32,000 nt of DNA, taken from the NCBI RefSeq assembly GCF_000392435.1, contig NC_021219.1:750001-782000 (forward strand). The letters are read 5' to 3'. The stretch is from Candidatus Saccharimonas aalborgensis (lineage in GTDB: Bacteria; Patescibacteriota; Saccharimonadia; Saccharimonadales; Saccharimonadaceae). Shown here piece after piece: positions 17,356 through 24,930 of this stretch (the stretch's first letter is position 1; each line of letters opens with the position of its first letter). A program made the position numbers and the translations under genes. A model generated the notes under the pieces. The model was given only the letters and a program-made list of their open reading frames with translations. It was not told the origin of the DNA and made no database searches.

Positions 17356-18332
17356 GCCGTTCTAGTACGAATGCTAAGGCATTGGCTGGTCAGAAACGGC
17401 ACCGCAGGCAGTGGCTTACTTTTGTGCGAATGTGCCGCTACGGTATCAATAACTTTAGTCGTAATGCCTGGCTCACCATCGCTGCTACCGCGGTGATGAC
17501 TATCACGCTCGTCATTATTTTTATCACCGTTGCTGCTCAAAACATTCTGTCTGATACAACAGATGTCATTGGTCGTCGTTTGCCGCGCTCCATTTTCTTG
17601 AAGCCAGACACCACAAAGGAACAGGCTCAGCCGATTGTTGATCAGTTGAGTAGCCTCGCAAACGTCGAAAGCGTCGCCTATAGTAGTTCCGAGGAAAACC
17701 GTGCACAGTTCGCGGTTGACAACAAAACTGACCAAAATACCCTCAATGCACTTACTGAGGCAAGCAATCGTATACCAGCAAAACTAAGTATCAATCTCAA
17801 GGATGTCAACAACACCAGTCAGCTTATATCATTTGTGAATGACAACGAGACACTAAAAAAATACATTGATCCGATTCGCAAGCCAACCTTTATGGGTGAT
17901 CGGCGAGCACCGACAGAGACGATAGCGAGCTGGACTCAATTTGCCCAAAAATTAGGCATCATCGCCAGCGTCGTTTTCGTCAGTATTTCGTCATTGATCA
18001 TCTTTAACACCATTAGGATGGCTATCTTTAATCGCAAAGAGGAAATACAGATGATGAAACTCATTGGTGCAGAAAAAAGCTTCATTCGCGGACCGTTTGT
18101 AGTTGAAGCAATCGTCTACGGCTTTATTGCGGCAGTGCTTGCGACAGTGCTGGGTGTCGCTATCATGTATTCTTCATCGGAATCGCTCAAGTCATATGGT
18201 GTCCCGATGCAGGGAACGGTCGACATGATGACGATGTATATCGGATTTATATTACTTGGTATGATTTTGCTCGGTGCGCTGATAGGCACAATATCATCGC
18301 TACTTGCAACTCGTCGTTACCTCAAACTCTAG
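17352..18332 (+). CDS. ftsX: Cell division permease-like protein FtsX
   Basis: N-terminal cytoplasmic segment, TM1 (WLTIAATAVMTITLVIIFITV), an extracytoplasmic loop of about 110 aa and a C-terminal 3-TM FtsX domain. Overlaps the ftsE stop codon. Confidence 0.88.
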   Translation: MSRSSTNAKALAGQKRHRRQWLTFVRMCRYGINNFSRNAWLTIAATAVMTITLVIIFITVAAQNILSDTTDVIGRRLPRSIFLKPDTTKEQAQPIVDQLSSLANVESVAYSSSEENRAQFAVDNKTDQNTLNALTEASNRIPAKLSINLKDVNNTSQLISFVNDNETLKKYIDPIRKPTFMGDRRAPTETIASWTQFAQKLGIIASVVFVSISSLIIFNTIRMAIFNRKEEIQMMKLIGAEKSFIRGPFVVEAIVYGFIAAVLATVLGVAIMYSSSESLKSYGVPMQGTVDMMTMYIGFILLGMILLGALIGTISSLLATRRYLKL

Positions 18333-18341
18333 TGAGCTCTA

Positions 18342-18371
18342 TTGACAATATGCTTATGCTTATGGTACGAT
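18342..18371 (+). promoter_or_regulatory. TTGACA-18-TGgTACGAT promoter in front of the CHAP hydrolase gene
   Basis: The -35 is a perfect hexamer. The -10 ends 4 nt before ATG 18376 and 7 nt before ATG 18379. Confidence 0.45.
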
Positions 18372-18375
18372 ACAC

Positions 18376-19584
18376 ATGATGAAACAACGGTCCGCCACAC
18401 CAGTTCAGCGCCCCAGTATCAAAGGTCTTGCGACCAAATCTATTGTCGTGGCGACAGCCGTCTTGGTGATACTTGCCGCACCGTTGTCTATTACACAACG
18501 AGTTCATGCCGACAGCTACGATGATCAGATGCAAGCTATCAACAACCAGATACGCCAGTACCAGTCACGGGCGGATGAGCTAGGTAAGCAGGCCCAAACC
18601 CTCCAGGTAGAACTCGATCGCCTGACAAACGAGAAAAATGCGATTCAAGCACAAATCAACCTTTCTCAGGCACAATACGACAAACTTCAAAGGCAAATAA
18701 CCGACACTGAGAAAAAAATCGCTGACAACAAAGATGCGCTTGGGGAGACAATCGCAAATATGTATGTCGATAATTCGATTACACCTCTTGAGATGCTTGC
18801 TAGCAGCAAAAGTATCGGTGACTACGTCGATCAACAAGAATATCGCGCGTCAATTCGAGATACGCTCAACACTACCATCGAAGAAATAAAAGCACTCAAG
18901 ATCAAACTTGAAAAAGATAAGGCAGACGTACAAGTTGTGCTCGATCGCCAAAAAGCTCAACAAGCATCATTGGCTGCCAAAGAAGCCCAGCAGGCTCAAC
19001 TTGTTCAGCAGACTCGAAATGATGAAGCGGCATTTCAGGGGCTTGTTTCACAAAACCAGTCGCAGCTTCAAAGCATTGCCGCTCAACAGCGCGCTTACTA
19101 CGACAGTCTGCGCCAAAGTAGTGGCGGCGGAGATTCGGGTGTAATTGGTAATTTCTCTTATAGCAATTGGAGCGGAAATAGCGGCTGCGGTAGCGGTGGT
19201 TATCCGTATTGTGGCTATCAAGATTCATATTCAGACCCATGGGGACTCTACAACCGCGAATGTGTTAGCTATGTTGCTTGGGCACTCTCGGAGCGGTTTG
19301 GTAAATATGTCGGTAATTTTAGTGGTAACGGTAACGCTTATGAATGGGTATGGAGCGCACCGCGTTATAGTGGTGCCGTCAGGACGTATGATCCACAACC
19401 AGGTGACGCTGTGATCTTACCGATCGTCCCCGGACTCGCTCCAGTAGGCCATGCCATGATAGTAGAAAGTGTCTCTGGTAGTACGGTACGGGTTAGTCAG
19501 TACAACTTCTATGGAACAGGTGAATACAGCACGATGAACATTGCGACATCTGGTGTTGTGTTCTTAAGATTCCAAAACAAGTAG
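18376..19584 (+). CDS. Secreted coiled-coil + CHAP-domain peptidoglycan hydrolase (PcsB-like architecture)
   Basis: Signal peptide ending in VHA/DS, about 190 aa of Q/A/K-rich heptad-like coiled coil, a G/S linker, and a C-terminal CHAP domain with Cys (NRECVSYVAW) and His (VGHAMIVESV). The start could instead be the adjacent ATG 18379. Confidence 0.85.
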   Translation: MMKQRSATPVQRPSIKGLATKSIVVATAVLVILAAPLSITQRVHADSYDDQMQAINNQIRQYQSRADELGKQAQTLQVELDRLTNEKNAIQAQINLSQAQYDKLQRQITDTEKKIADNKDALGETIANMYVDNSITPLEMLASSKSIGDYVDQQEYRASIRDTLNTTIEEIKALKIKLEKDKADVQVVLDRQKAQQASLAAKEAQQAQLVQQTRNDEAAFQGLVSQNQSQLQSIAAQQRAYYDSLRQSSGGGDSGVIGNFSYSNWSGNSGCGSGGYPYCGYQDSYSDPWGLYNRECVSYVAWALSERFGKYVGNFSGNGNAYEWVWSAPRYSGAVRTYDPQPGDAVILPIVPGLAPVGHAMIVESVSGSTVRVSQYNFYGTGEYSTMNIATSGVVFLRFQNK

Positions 19585-19610
19585 TAGTTTTATTATAGAT
19601 TTGATGCTTC

Positions 19611-19639
19611 TATAGCGCGGCCGCACTGGCTGCGCTATA
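19611..19639. other. 12-bp inverted repeat / hairpin (TATAGCGCGGCC-GCACT-GGCTGCGCTATA)
   Basis: Eleven Watson-Crick pairs plus one G-U pair and a 5-nt loop. It lies between the CHAP hydrolase stop codon and ctp, and no U-tract follows it. Confidence 0.6.
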
Positions 19640-19641
19640 AT
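19636..19641 (+). promoter_or_regulatory. TATAAT -10 upstream of ctp
   Basis: A perfect hexamer whose first four bases lie in the 3' arm of the 19611..19639 inverted repeat. It is followed by a leader carrying the SD AAGAGGA. Confidence 0.35.
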
Positions 19642-19670
19642 GAATGACATAAACCATAAGAGGAAACGCT

Positions 19671-20900
19671 GTGCCTGATTTACAAACACCACATCATGTT
19701 GCTGTACCTCAAAATCAATCAGCTTCAGCTTCGCGAGGCGCAACAAGGGCATGGTATATCGCGATCGTGTGTGCGGTTGCAATTTCTTCATTTGTAGCGG
19801 GAACGCGCAGTGATCAACTGTGGGCTGCGATTGCCCCGGTGTTTGGCATAAAGGCATCGAGTGACACACTTGATCTTTTGAGTGTGCAGCGAACATTCCA
19901 GAAGCTAAAAGCGAATTACGACGGTACCCTCGATACAAATGCACTTATCGATGGCGCAAATAGGGGAATGGTGGCCGCTGCGGGTGACCGTTATACCGTC
20001 TTTATGGATAAATCTGAGGCCGACGCCTTCAACAAGGAACTGAGCGGTGAGGTGAGCGGCATTGGAGCCGAGATTGGTGTTCGCAGCGGGCAGCCGACCA
20101 TCTTGCGTACGCTTGCCAATTCTCCTGCCGAAAAAGCAGGCGTTCAGGCTGGTGATGTAATACTTGGAGTCAATGATCTTTCGATGCGCGGCGCGAGTGC
20201 TGCAGATGTTGCTGAGAAAGTTCGTGGTGAAGCCGATACAACCGTTAAATTGACGCTCAAGAGAGGCAACGACACGAAAGAGTTTACCATTACACGGGCA
20301 AAGGTGAGTGATCCAAGTGTGCGTACAAGTGTGAAAGACGGTGTGGGAATTATGAAGATATCACGATTTGACGATCAAACTGGCACACTTGCATCAGAGG
20401 CAGCTCGGTCGTTCAAAGATCAGAATGTCAAAGCAATTATCCTTGATCTGAGAGATGATGGCGGTGGTTATCTTGATGCTGCACGGCAAGTCGCTAGCCT
20501 ATGGCTCGACAAAAAAGTGATCGTCACAGAGCGCACCGGTGATACGGTCACTGGCACCCTCAAGGCAGACGGTTCGCCGCTATTAGGGGGTATAAAGACG
20601 GTTGTACTCGTCAATGGCGGCAGTGCGAGTGCAAGCGAAATCGTTGCAGGTGCACTGCAGGACCATAAAGCAGCGACGTTGATCGGAGAAAAAACCTTTG
20701 GTAAAGGCACTGTCCAGAAAGTGATCGAATTGCCCGGAGGACGGATTCTTAAAGTAACTGTCGCGAGGTGGTACACGCCAAATGGCAAGAACATTACAAA
20801 AGAGGGCATTACGCCAGATATGTCAGTAGTGTTGACTTCAACTGATATGGATGCCGGCCGCGACCCACAAATGGACGCCGCTCTGGCAGCAGTAAAATAA
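19671..20900 (+). CDS. ctp: Carboxy-terminal processing protease (S41 family, PDZ-containing), membrane anchored
   Basis: N-terminal TM (WYIAIVCAVAISSFVAG), PDZ region (GIGAEIG...GDVILGVND), catalytic Ser GGSASASEIVAGAL and Lys FGKGTVQ. The GTG start lies 6 nt after the SD AAGAGGA. Confidence 0.9.
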   Translation: MPDLQTPHHVAVPQNQSASASRGATRAWYIAIVCAVAISSFVAGTRSDQLWAAIAPVFGIKASSDTLDLLSVQRTFQKLKANYDGTLDTNALIDGANRGMVAAAGDRYTVFMDKSEADAFNKELSGEVSGIGAEIGVRSGQPTILRTLANSPAEKAGVQAGDVILGVNDLSMRGASAADVAEKVRGEADTTVKLTLKRGNDTKEFTITRAKVSDPSVRTSVKDGVGIMKISRFDDQTGTLASEAARSFKDQNVKAIILDLRDDGGGYLDAARQVASLWLDKKVIVTERTGDTVTGTLKADGSPLLGGIKTVVLVNGGSASASEIVAGALQDHKAATLIGEKTFGKGTVQKVIELPGGRILKVTVARWYTPNGKNITKEGITPDMSVVLTSTDMDAGRDPQMDAALAAVK

Positions 20901-20926
20901 TCTATACAGCGAATATACAAGAGTGC

Positions 20927-20955
20927 TTGTGCTTTTGAATCTACTGAGCTACTAT
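20927..20955 (+). promoter_or_regulatory. Possible TTGTGC-17-TACTAT promoter, 8 nt before ATG 20964
   Basis: The match is weaker than at the other sites. Confidence 0.3.
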
Positions 20956-20957
20956 AA

Positions 20958-21368
20958 ATGCATATGGACGCAGTAAAAAAGAAAATATTGCTTGTCGAAG
21001 ATGATACAGCGCTTGCCGCCGTGTATCGCTCTCGGCTTGAGCTTGAAGGATTTGAGATCAATGAAGTCAACAATGGCGAAGACGCGCTGTCAGCAGCAAT
21101 GTCTTATAAACCTGATTTGATACTGCTTGATGCCATGATGCCAAAGATCAGTGGCTTTGATGTACTCGATATCCTACGAAATACCCCCGAGACGACAAAC
21201 ATCCGCGTCATTATGTTAACAGCACTGAGCCAACCAAAAGACAAAGAACGTGCCGAGCAGCTCGGCGTTGATGATTATCTCGTGAAGTCGCAAGTCGTCA
21301 TTGGCGACGTCGTCGCGAGGGTAAAGCATCACTTGGGCATGGATCCCGGCCCTCAGCAGGCATCATAA
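20958..21368 (+). CDS. Stand-alone receiver-domain response regulator (CheY-like, no output domain)
   Basis: KKILLVEDD, phospho-acceptor region DLILLDAMMP, MLTAL and DYLVKS (conserved Lys). Alternative start at ATG 20964. Confidence 0.88.
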   Translation: MHMDAVKKKILLVEDDTALAAVYRSRLELEGFEINEVNNGEDALSAAMSYKPDLILLDAMMPKISGFDVLDILRNTPETTNIRVIMLTALSQPKDKERAEQLGVDDYLVKSQVVIGDVVARVKHHLGMDPGPQQAS

Positions 21369-21398
21369 TATAAGCGCAGATTCTTAAGCAAAAGCATC

Positions 21399-21427
21399 TT
21401 GACTTTTAGTCAATTTTTTGCTATAGT
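21399..21427 (+). promoter_or_regulatory. TTGACT-17-TGcTATAGT promoter of the orphan gene at 21460
   Basis: Both hexamers are near consensus with exact 17-nt spacing. The -35 is half of the palindrome TTGACTTTTAGTCAA (21399..21413). Confidence 0.6.
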
Positions 21428-21459
21428 GGATTTACTAACGCACTGAAAGAAAAACAAAA

Positions 21460-22326
21460 ATGAGCCACCACGAACATATAGCCACTACACCACAGGATTA
21501 TCAACCACAAGATGCTGAAGTTCCGGTTGCTGACCGTGGATTTGAGCCATACCCAGAGGGTTGGGCTTGTCCAAATATGTGGGTTCCGCGAAATGTGTAT
21601 AGCCCAGATGGTGTGCTGCAGCGTGATGCTGCAGACAAGCCGGTTACGGAGCCGGAATTAGGCTGGTTTCCTAGCGGTACCTCTGTAATTAAGGGAGTGG
21701 AGTATACCCGAGTTGGAAAAAATATCTGGAATCCTAAGACCGGTCAATTTGATTCACTTTATAAAGATGTTCCTACCGCAGAGCTCCGCCACCTACAAGA
21801 AGTTATGGCCGAGAAGGAACGTGAGCAACGAGATAGGGAAATGGGCCAGGGAGCAGCAGCGCTCGCGCAGGAAACTCCAGCTCAAGTGCTCTATCGGGCA
21901 TCATGGGAAAAGCCAGTTACCGTTCCTGAGTCAGACTCATCAGAGTGGGCGCTTACACCAGAGCAAGCAGATAAGCTTCGTGCTGGTCTTGCTGCGCAAC
22001 AGCCACAGGGTATTATCGATTCCGTTCCTGATTGGGTAATGGCTCAGCCGGAAAAGCCAGTGAAACCTACCCCCGAAACACCAGAACAGCGAACGGAGCG
22101 TATCCAAAGAGAGTTGGACAAGTTGGTTGCTGGGCTGAGCGAGGCAGATAGGCGAAACCTTGAGAGATATGCAATGTATTTACACGATAAAAAAGAAGCA
22201 CAGAAGAGGGGTGACGGTGGCGGTTCGACAACCTATGGTCAAAACGCTGGTCAAGCCTACCGGGCTATGAGTCCAGAAGCACGAGCACTATCAAGTAACT
22301 ATCAGGCATTGTGGGATAGACTGTAG
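21460..22326 (+). CDS. Hypothetical acidic, Pro/Glu/Gln-rich protein with no recognisable domain
   Basis: 288-aa ORF behind a near-consensus promoter (TTGACT-17-TGcTATAGT). No TM segment, signal peptide or known motif was recognised. Confidence 0.6.
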   Translation: MSHHEHIATTPQDYQPQDAEVPVADRGFEPYPEGWACPNMWVPRNVYSPDGVLQRDAADKPVTEPELGWFPSGTSVIKGVEYTRVGKNIWNPKTGQFDSLYKDVPTAELRHLQEVMAEKEREQRDREMGQGAAALAQETPAQVLYRASWEKPVTVPESDSSEWALTPEQADKLRAGLAAQQPQGIIDSVPDWVMAQPEKPVKPTPETPEQRTERIQRELDKLVAGLSEADRRNLERYAMYLHDKKEAQKRGDGGGSTTYGQNAGQAYRAMSPEARALSSNYQALWDRL

Positions 22327-22353
22327 CTATAATGGCAATATAAATTCCAAATT

Positions 22354-22626
22354 CTAGCTAACAACTACTTGGGTACGAGTGTGGGTGCGGCCAGTAAATG
22401 AGCCTTTTTTGACTTTTTTGAATCCGACAACACCGTCTTGTGCTGCGTGAATGGTGAAGTTTCGGCTCGTGTAAGTACCAGGTCCGGCAATTTTTGTACT
22501 GCCTGTCTGGCGTACGAGTACTTGACCAGCGGTAACAACCTGACCGCCAAACCGTTTAACACCGAGGCGAGCACCGGCATTGTTGTGGACGTTCTTTGAT
22601 GAGCCGCCTGCTTTGACGTGTGACAT
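22354..22626 (-). CDS. rpmA: 50S ribosomal protein L27
   Basis: MSHVKAGGSSKNVHNNAGARLGVKRFGGQ...G.ILVRQ-type sequence. SD AAGGAG lies 4 nt upstream of the ATG. Confidence 0.96.
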   Translation of the reverse strand: MSHVKAGGSSKNVHNNAGARLGVKRFGGQVVTAGQVLVRQTGSTKIAGPGTYTSRNFTIHAAQDGVVGFKKVKKGSFTGRTHTRTQVVVS

Positions 22627-22662
22627 ATGACTCCTTAAAAACCAATATAACTAATCCGCTTT

Positions 22663-22691
22663 ATTGTACGCCAACTGAGGTAAATAGTCAA
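22663..22691 (-). promoter_or_regulatory. rpmA promoter TTGACT-17-TACAAT
   Basis: Read on the minus strand. The -35 contains the TGA stop of the upstream methyltransferase gene. The leader is about 30 nt and carries AAGGAG. Confidence 0.6.
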
Positions 22692-23848
22692 CCCTTTTTG
22701 AGTACTAGTAGTTGTCTAGCAACAACTTGGTCTTCACGATAGTATATGAGCTCTTCCTTGCGAACATGCTCGAGTGTCTGCTGAGAAAAACCGAGTGATG
22801 TGAGACGGCCTGTTAGGGGTAAATGGGTAAAGTGGCCGAGGCTGTCTCGCCATGCTGGGATGGCGAGACAAACAGGAGTCCCGGCAGGGATTTGAGGTGC
22901 GAGGTTCTTCAGAAATGTACTAATGATGTGATCACAATTATCGCGTACCTGAACGAGCTTGGAGGGCGAGGGTGGGGCCGAAAAGGGCTGTCCAAGGTAT
23001 GTCTCGGCAATAACTGCCGAAATCGTACCCTCCCAGATATGAGTCATGGCGTCTCCTTGGTCAAGGGTGATATCTGAGACGGTATGGTGGGTCTCGCTAA
23101 GCCATTCGAGGTTTTTCTGGGAAAACTCAATCATTTTTGGCGACAGGTCTGTGCCATAAACATCGAACCCTACGAGAGCAGCTTCTTGTAGTAATACCCC
23201 GGTGCCGCAAAATGGATCGAGCAGGCGTCCGGGGGGAGTAACGCCAGATAAGTTGACCATCATACGGGCGAGTTTTGGCGGTAACATGCCGACGAACGCA
23301 TCGCGTTTTGGGCGGCCTTGATCACGGCGGGCGAGAGCGGTGATGTTTTGGGAACCAACCGACTCGGCGATCAGTACCTTGCCATTTGCAGACCGCACGA
23401 TGAGGATTTCGATGTGGTTATCACTCAGCCCTAACTTGTTGTGGTGAGATGTTGCCGTACTGAGGGCAGGGTCGTTGTTTGGAATCAAACGCAGACTCAC
23501 ACCGTGCTTCTTTAGTTTTGCCTTGAGGACGATACCTGCCTTTTGAACATCTCGAGGCGAAACGTGAAAGCCGTAGGCACTGATTCCGAGCGTGATTTTG
23601 CCCTTATGATTCTGCCAGGCATCCACATACGCGTTGACAAGCACCGTGCTGGTTTGTCGCCAGTCGCCACGGAGTTCGGCAACGACCCGGCCGGCTTTTT
23701 GGCTGCCAGCTAATCTTTCAAAATCGAACCCAGGGTGATCGATACAGGCTGAGTTGTCCGAAAACCACTGGACGCCTGATGCTCCATAGAGTTGTTCGAG
23801 TTCTGCCATACCAAGTGCGGGTTGACGTCCGAGTATTGCGACATGCAT
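22688..23848 (-). CDS. Putative RNA methyltransferase of the UPF0020/Trm11-like type, with an N-terminal THUMP-like region
   Basis: GMLPPKLARMMVNLSG....LLDPFCGTGVLLQEAALVG and DVYGTDLSPKMI match motifs X/I/II of Trm11/RlmL-type N-methyltransferases. The motif IV position reads AETYLGQPF instead of (D/N)PPY. Confidence 0.55.
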   Translation of the reverse strand: MHVAILGRQPALGMAELEQLYGASGVQWFSDNSACIDHPGFDFERLAGSQKAGRVVAELRGDWRQTSTVLVNAYVDAWQNHKGKITLGISAYGFHVSPRDVQKAGIVLKAKLKKHGVSLRLIPNNDPALSTATSHHNKLGLSDNHIEILIVRSANGKVLIAESVGSQNITALARRDQGRPKRDAFVGMLPPKLARMMVNLSGVTPPGRLLDPFCGTGVLLQEAALVGFDVYGTDLSPKMIEFSQKNLEWLSETHHTVSDITLDQGDAMTHIWEGTISAVIAETYLGQPFSAPPSPSKLVQVRDNCDHIISTFLKNLAPQIPAGTPVCLAIPAWRDSLGHFTHLPLTGRLTSLGFSQQTLEHVRKEELIYYREDQVVARQLLVLKKG

Positions 23849-23854
23849 GCGTAT

Positions 23855-23860
23855 AGTATA
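23855..23860 (-). promoter_or_regulatory. TATACT -10 on the minus strand, 6 nt before ATG 23848
   Basis: It is the reverse complement within the same palindrome, followed by ATACGC and then the ATG. I found no good -35. Confidence 0.4.
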
Positions 23861-23862
23861 CT
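23857..23862 (+). promoter_or_regulatory. TATACT -10, 9 nt before ATG 23872
   Basis: Part of the palindrome TAGTATACTA in the 23-bp divergent gap. Confidence 0.4.
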
Positions 23863-23871
23863 AGATGGAGC

Positions 23872-24930
23872 ATGAAACGACCTTCTTTTCGGTTTTGGTT
23901 GAGCTTGACAACCCTCCTGCTGGTAGCAGTACTTCTGTACCTCTCTAGACATCAACTTGACCATGCATGGCACTTGGTGCGAGAGGCAAATCTGTGGCTT
24001 CTGGTGCTTATCATTCCGCTCATTGTCGCAGGAAATATCGTTGCGGGAGAAATGACGCTGTCGTATTTGCGCCAAAAACGATTGATCCAGCATATCAGTG
24101 CTTGGGAGTTGATGCGTGTTTCGATGGAGTTTAATTTTGTTAATCATGTCCTCCCAAGTGGCGGGATGAGCGGTGTCTCGTATCTCAATTGGCGTTTGAG
24201 CAAGCTCGGCGTGGCCGGTACGCAATCAACCGTCGCTCAAGCAGTCAGATTTGTGACTGGTTTTGCAGCGATAACAACACTACTGGTGGTGTCGGTATTG
24301 GCTGTCACGATTGACTCGGGTATCAACCGATGGATAATCTTGATGAGTTCGGCAATGGTATTTCTGATGTTTATTGCAACGCTGGGAGTTATTTATCTGG
24401 TAAGCAGTCCGGTGCGTATGCAGCGCTTTGCCGGATGGCTTGCGACTGCCTGCAATAAACTAGTACGGTGGGCAACGAGGGGTCGCAAGAAGGCTGTTAT
24501 TGATAGCCAGCGTCTCATGGTGATGTTTAATGATATGCATCGCGATTATGTTTCGATGATGCGAGACAAAAAGATTCTTCTGAGGCCGTACCTGTGGGGT
24601 ATGTTATTTTATGCACTTGATGTTGCTCAGTTTTATATTGCATTTTTGGCCCTTGGTGTATATGTCAATCCGGCAGCGATTTTGATCGGCTATGGTATCG
24701 CTCAGCTAGCCGCGTTTGTTGTGGTCACACCAGGAGGAGCGGGAGCATATGAGGCTCTCATGGTGTTGGTGCTTGCAACGACAGGACTCTCAGAGGGGCG
24801 TGCTATCGCCGGCATTATACTAGCACGAGTTATCATCCTCCTTATGGTGATCGGTCTTGGATACATTTTTTATCAACGGGCGCTTATCACGTATGACAAA
24901 CGAGACTCAGAATCTATCGGCGATAATTAG
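23872..24930 (+). CDS. Polytopic membrane protein, UPF0104 / lysylphosphatidylglycerol-synthase-TM (flippase-like) family
   Basis: About 8 predicted TM helices, with an N-terminus (RFWLSLTTLLLVAVLLYLSRHQLD) and a C-terminal PGGAGAYE motif typical of this family. Confidence 0.6.
   Translation: MKRPSFRFWLSLTTLLLVAVLLYLSRHQLDHAWHLVREANLWLLVLIIPLIVAGNIVAGEMTLSYLRQKRLIQHISAWELMRVSMEFNFVNHVLPSGGMSGVSYLNWRLSKLGVAGTQSTVAQAVRFVTGFAAITTLLVVSVLAVTIDSGINRWIILMSSAMVFLMFIATLGVIYLVSSPVRMQRFAGWLATACNKLVRWATRGRKKAVIDSQRLMVMFNDMHRDYVSMMRDKKILLRPYLWGMLFYALDVAQFYIAFLALGVYVNPAAILIGYGIAQLAAFVVVTPGGAGAYEALMVLVLATTGLSEGRAIAGIILARVIILLMVIGLGYIFYQRALITYDKRDSESIGDN

Noticed and set aside
22324-22358. TAGCTA ... TAGCTA pairing between the convergent gene at 21460 and rpmA, considered as a bidirectional terminator
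   Set aside because: It has only 6 bp of AT-rich stem with a loop of about 24 nt, so the structure is not convincing.
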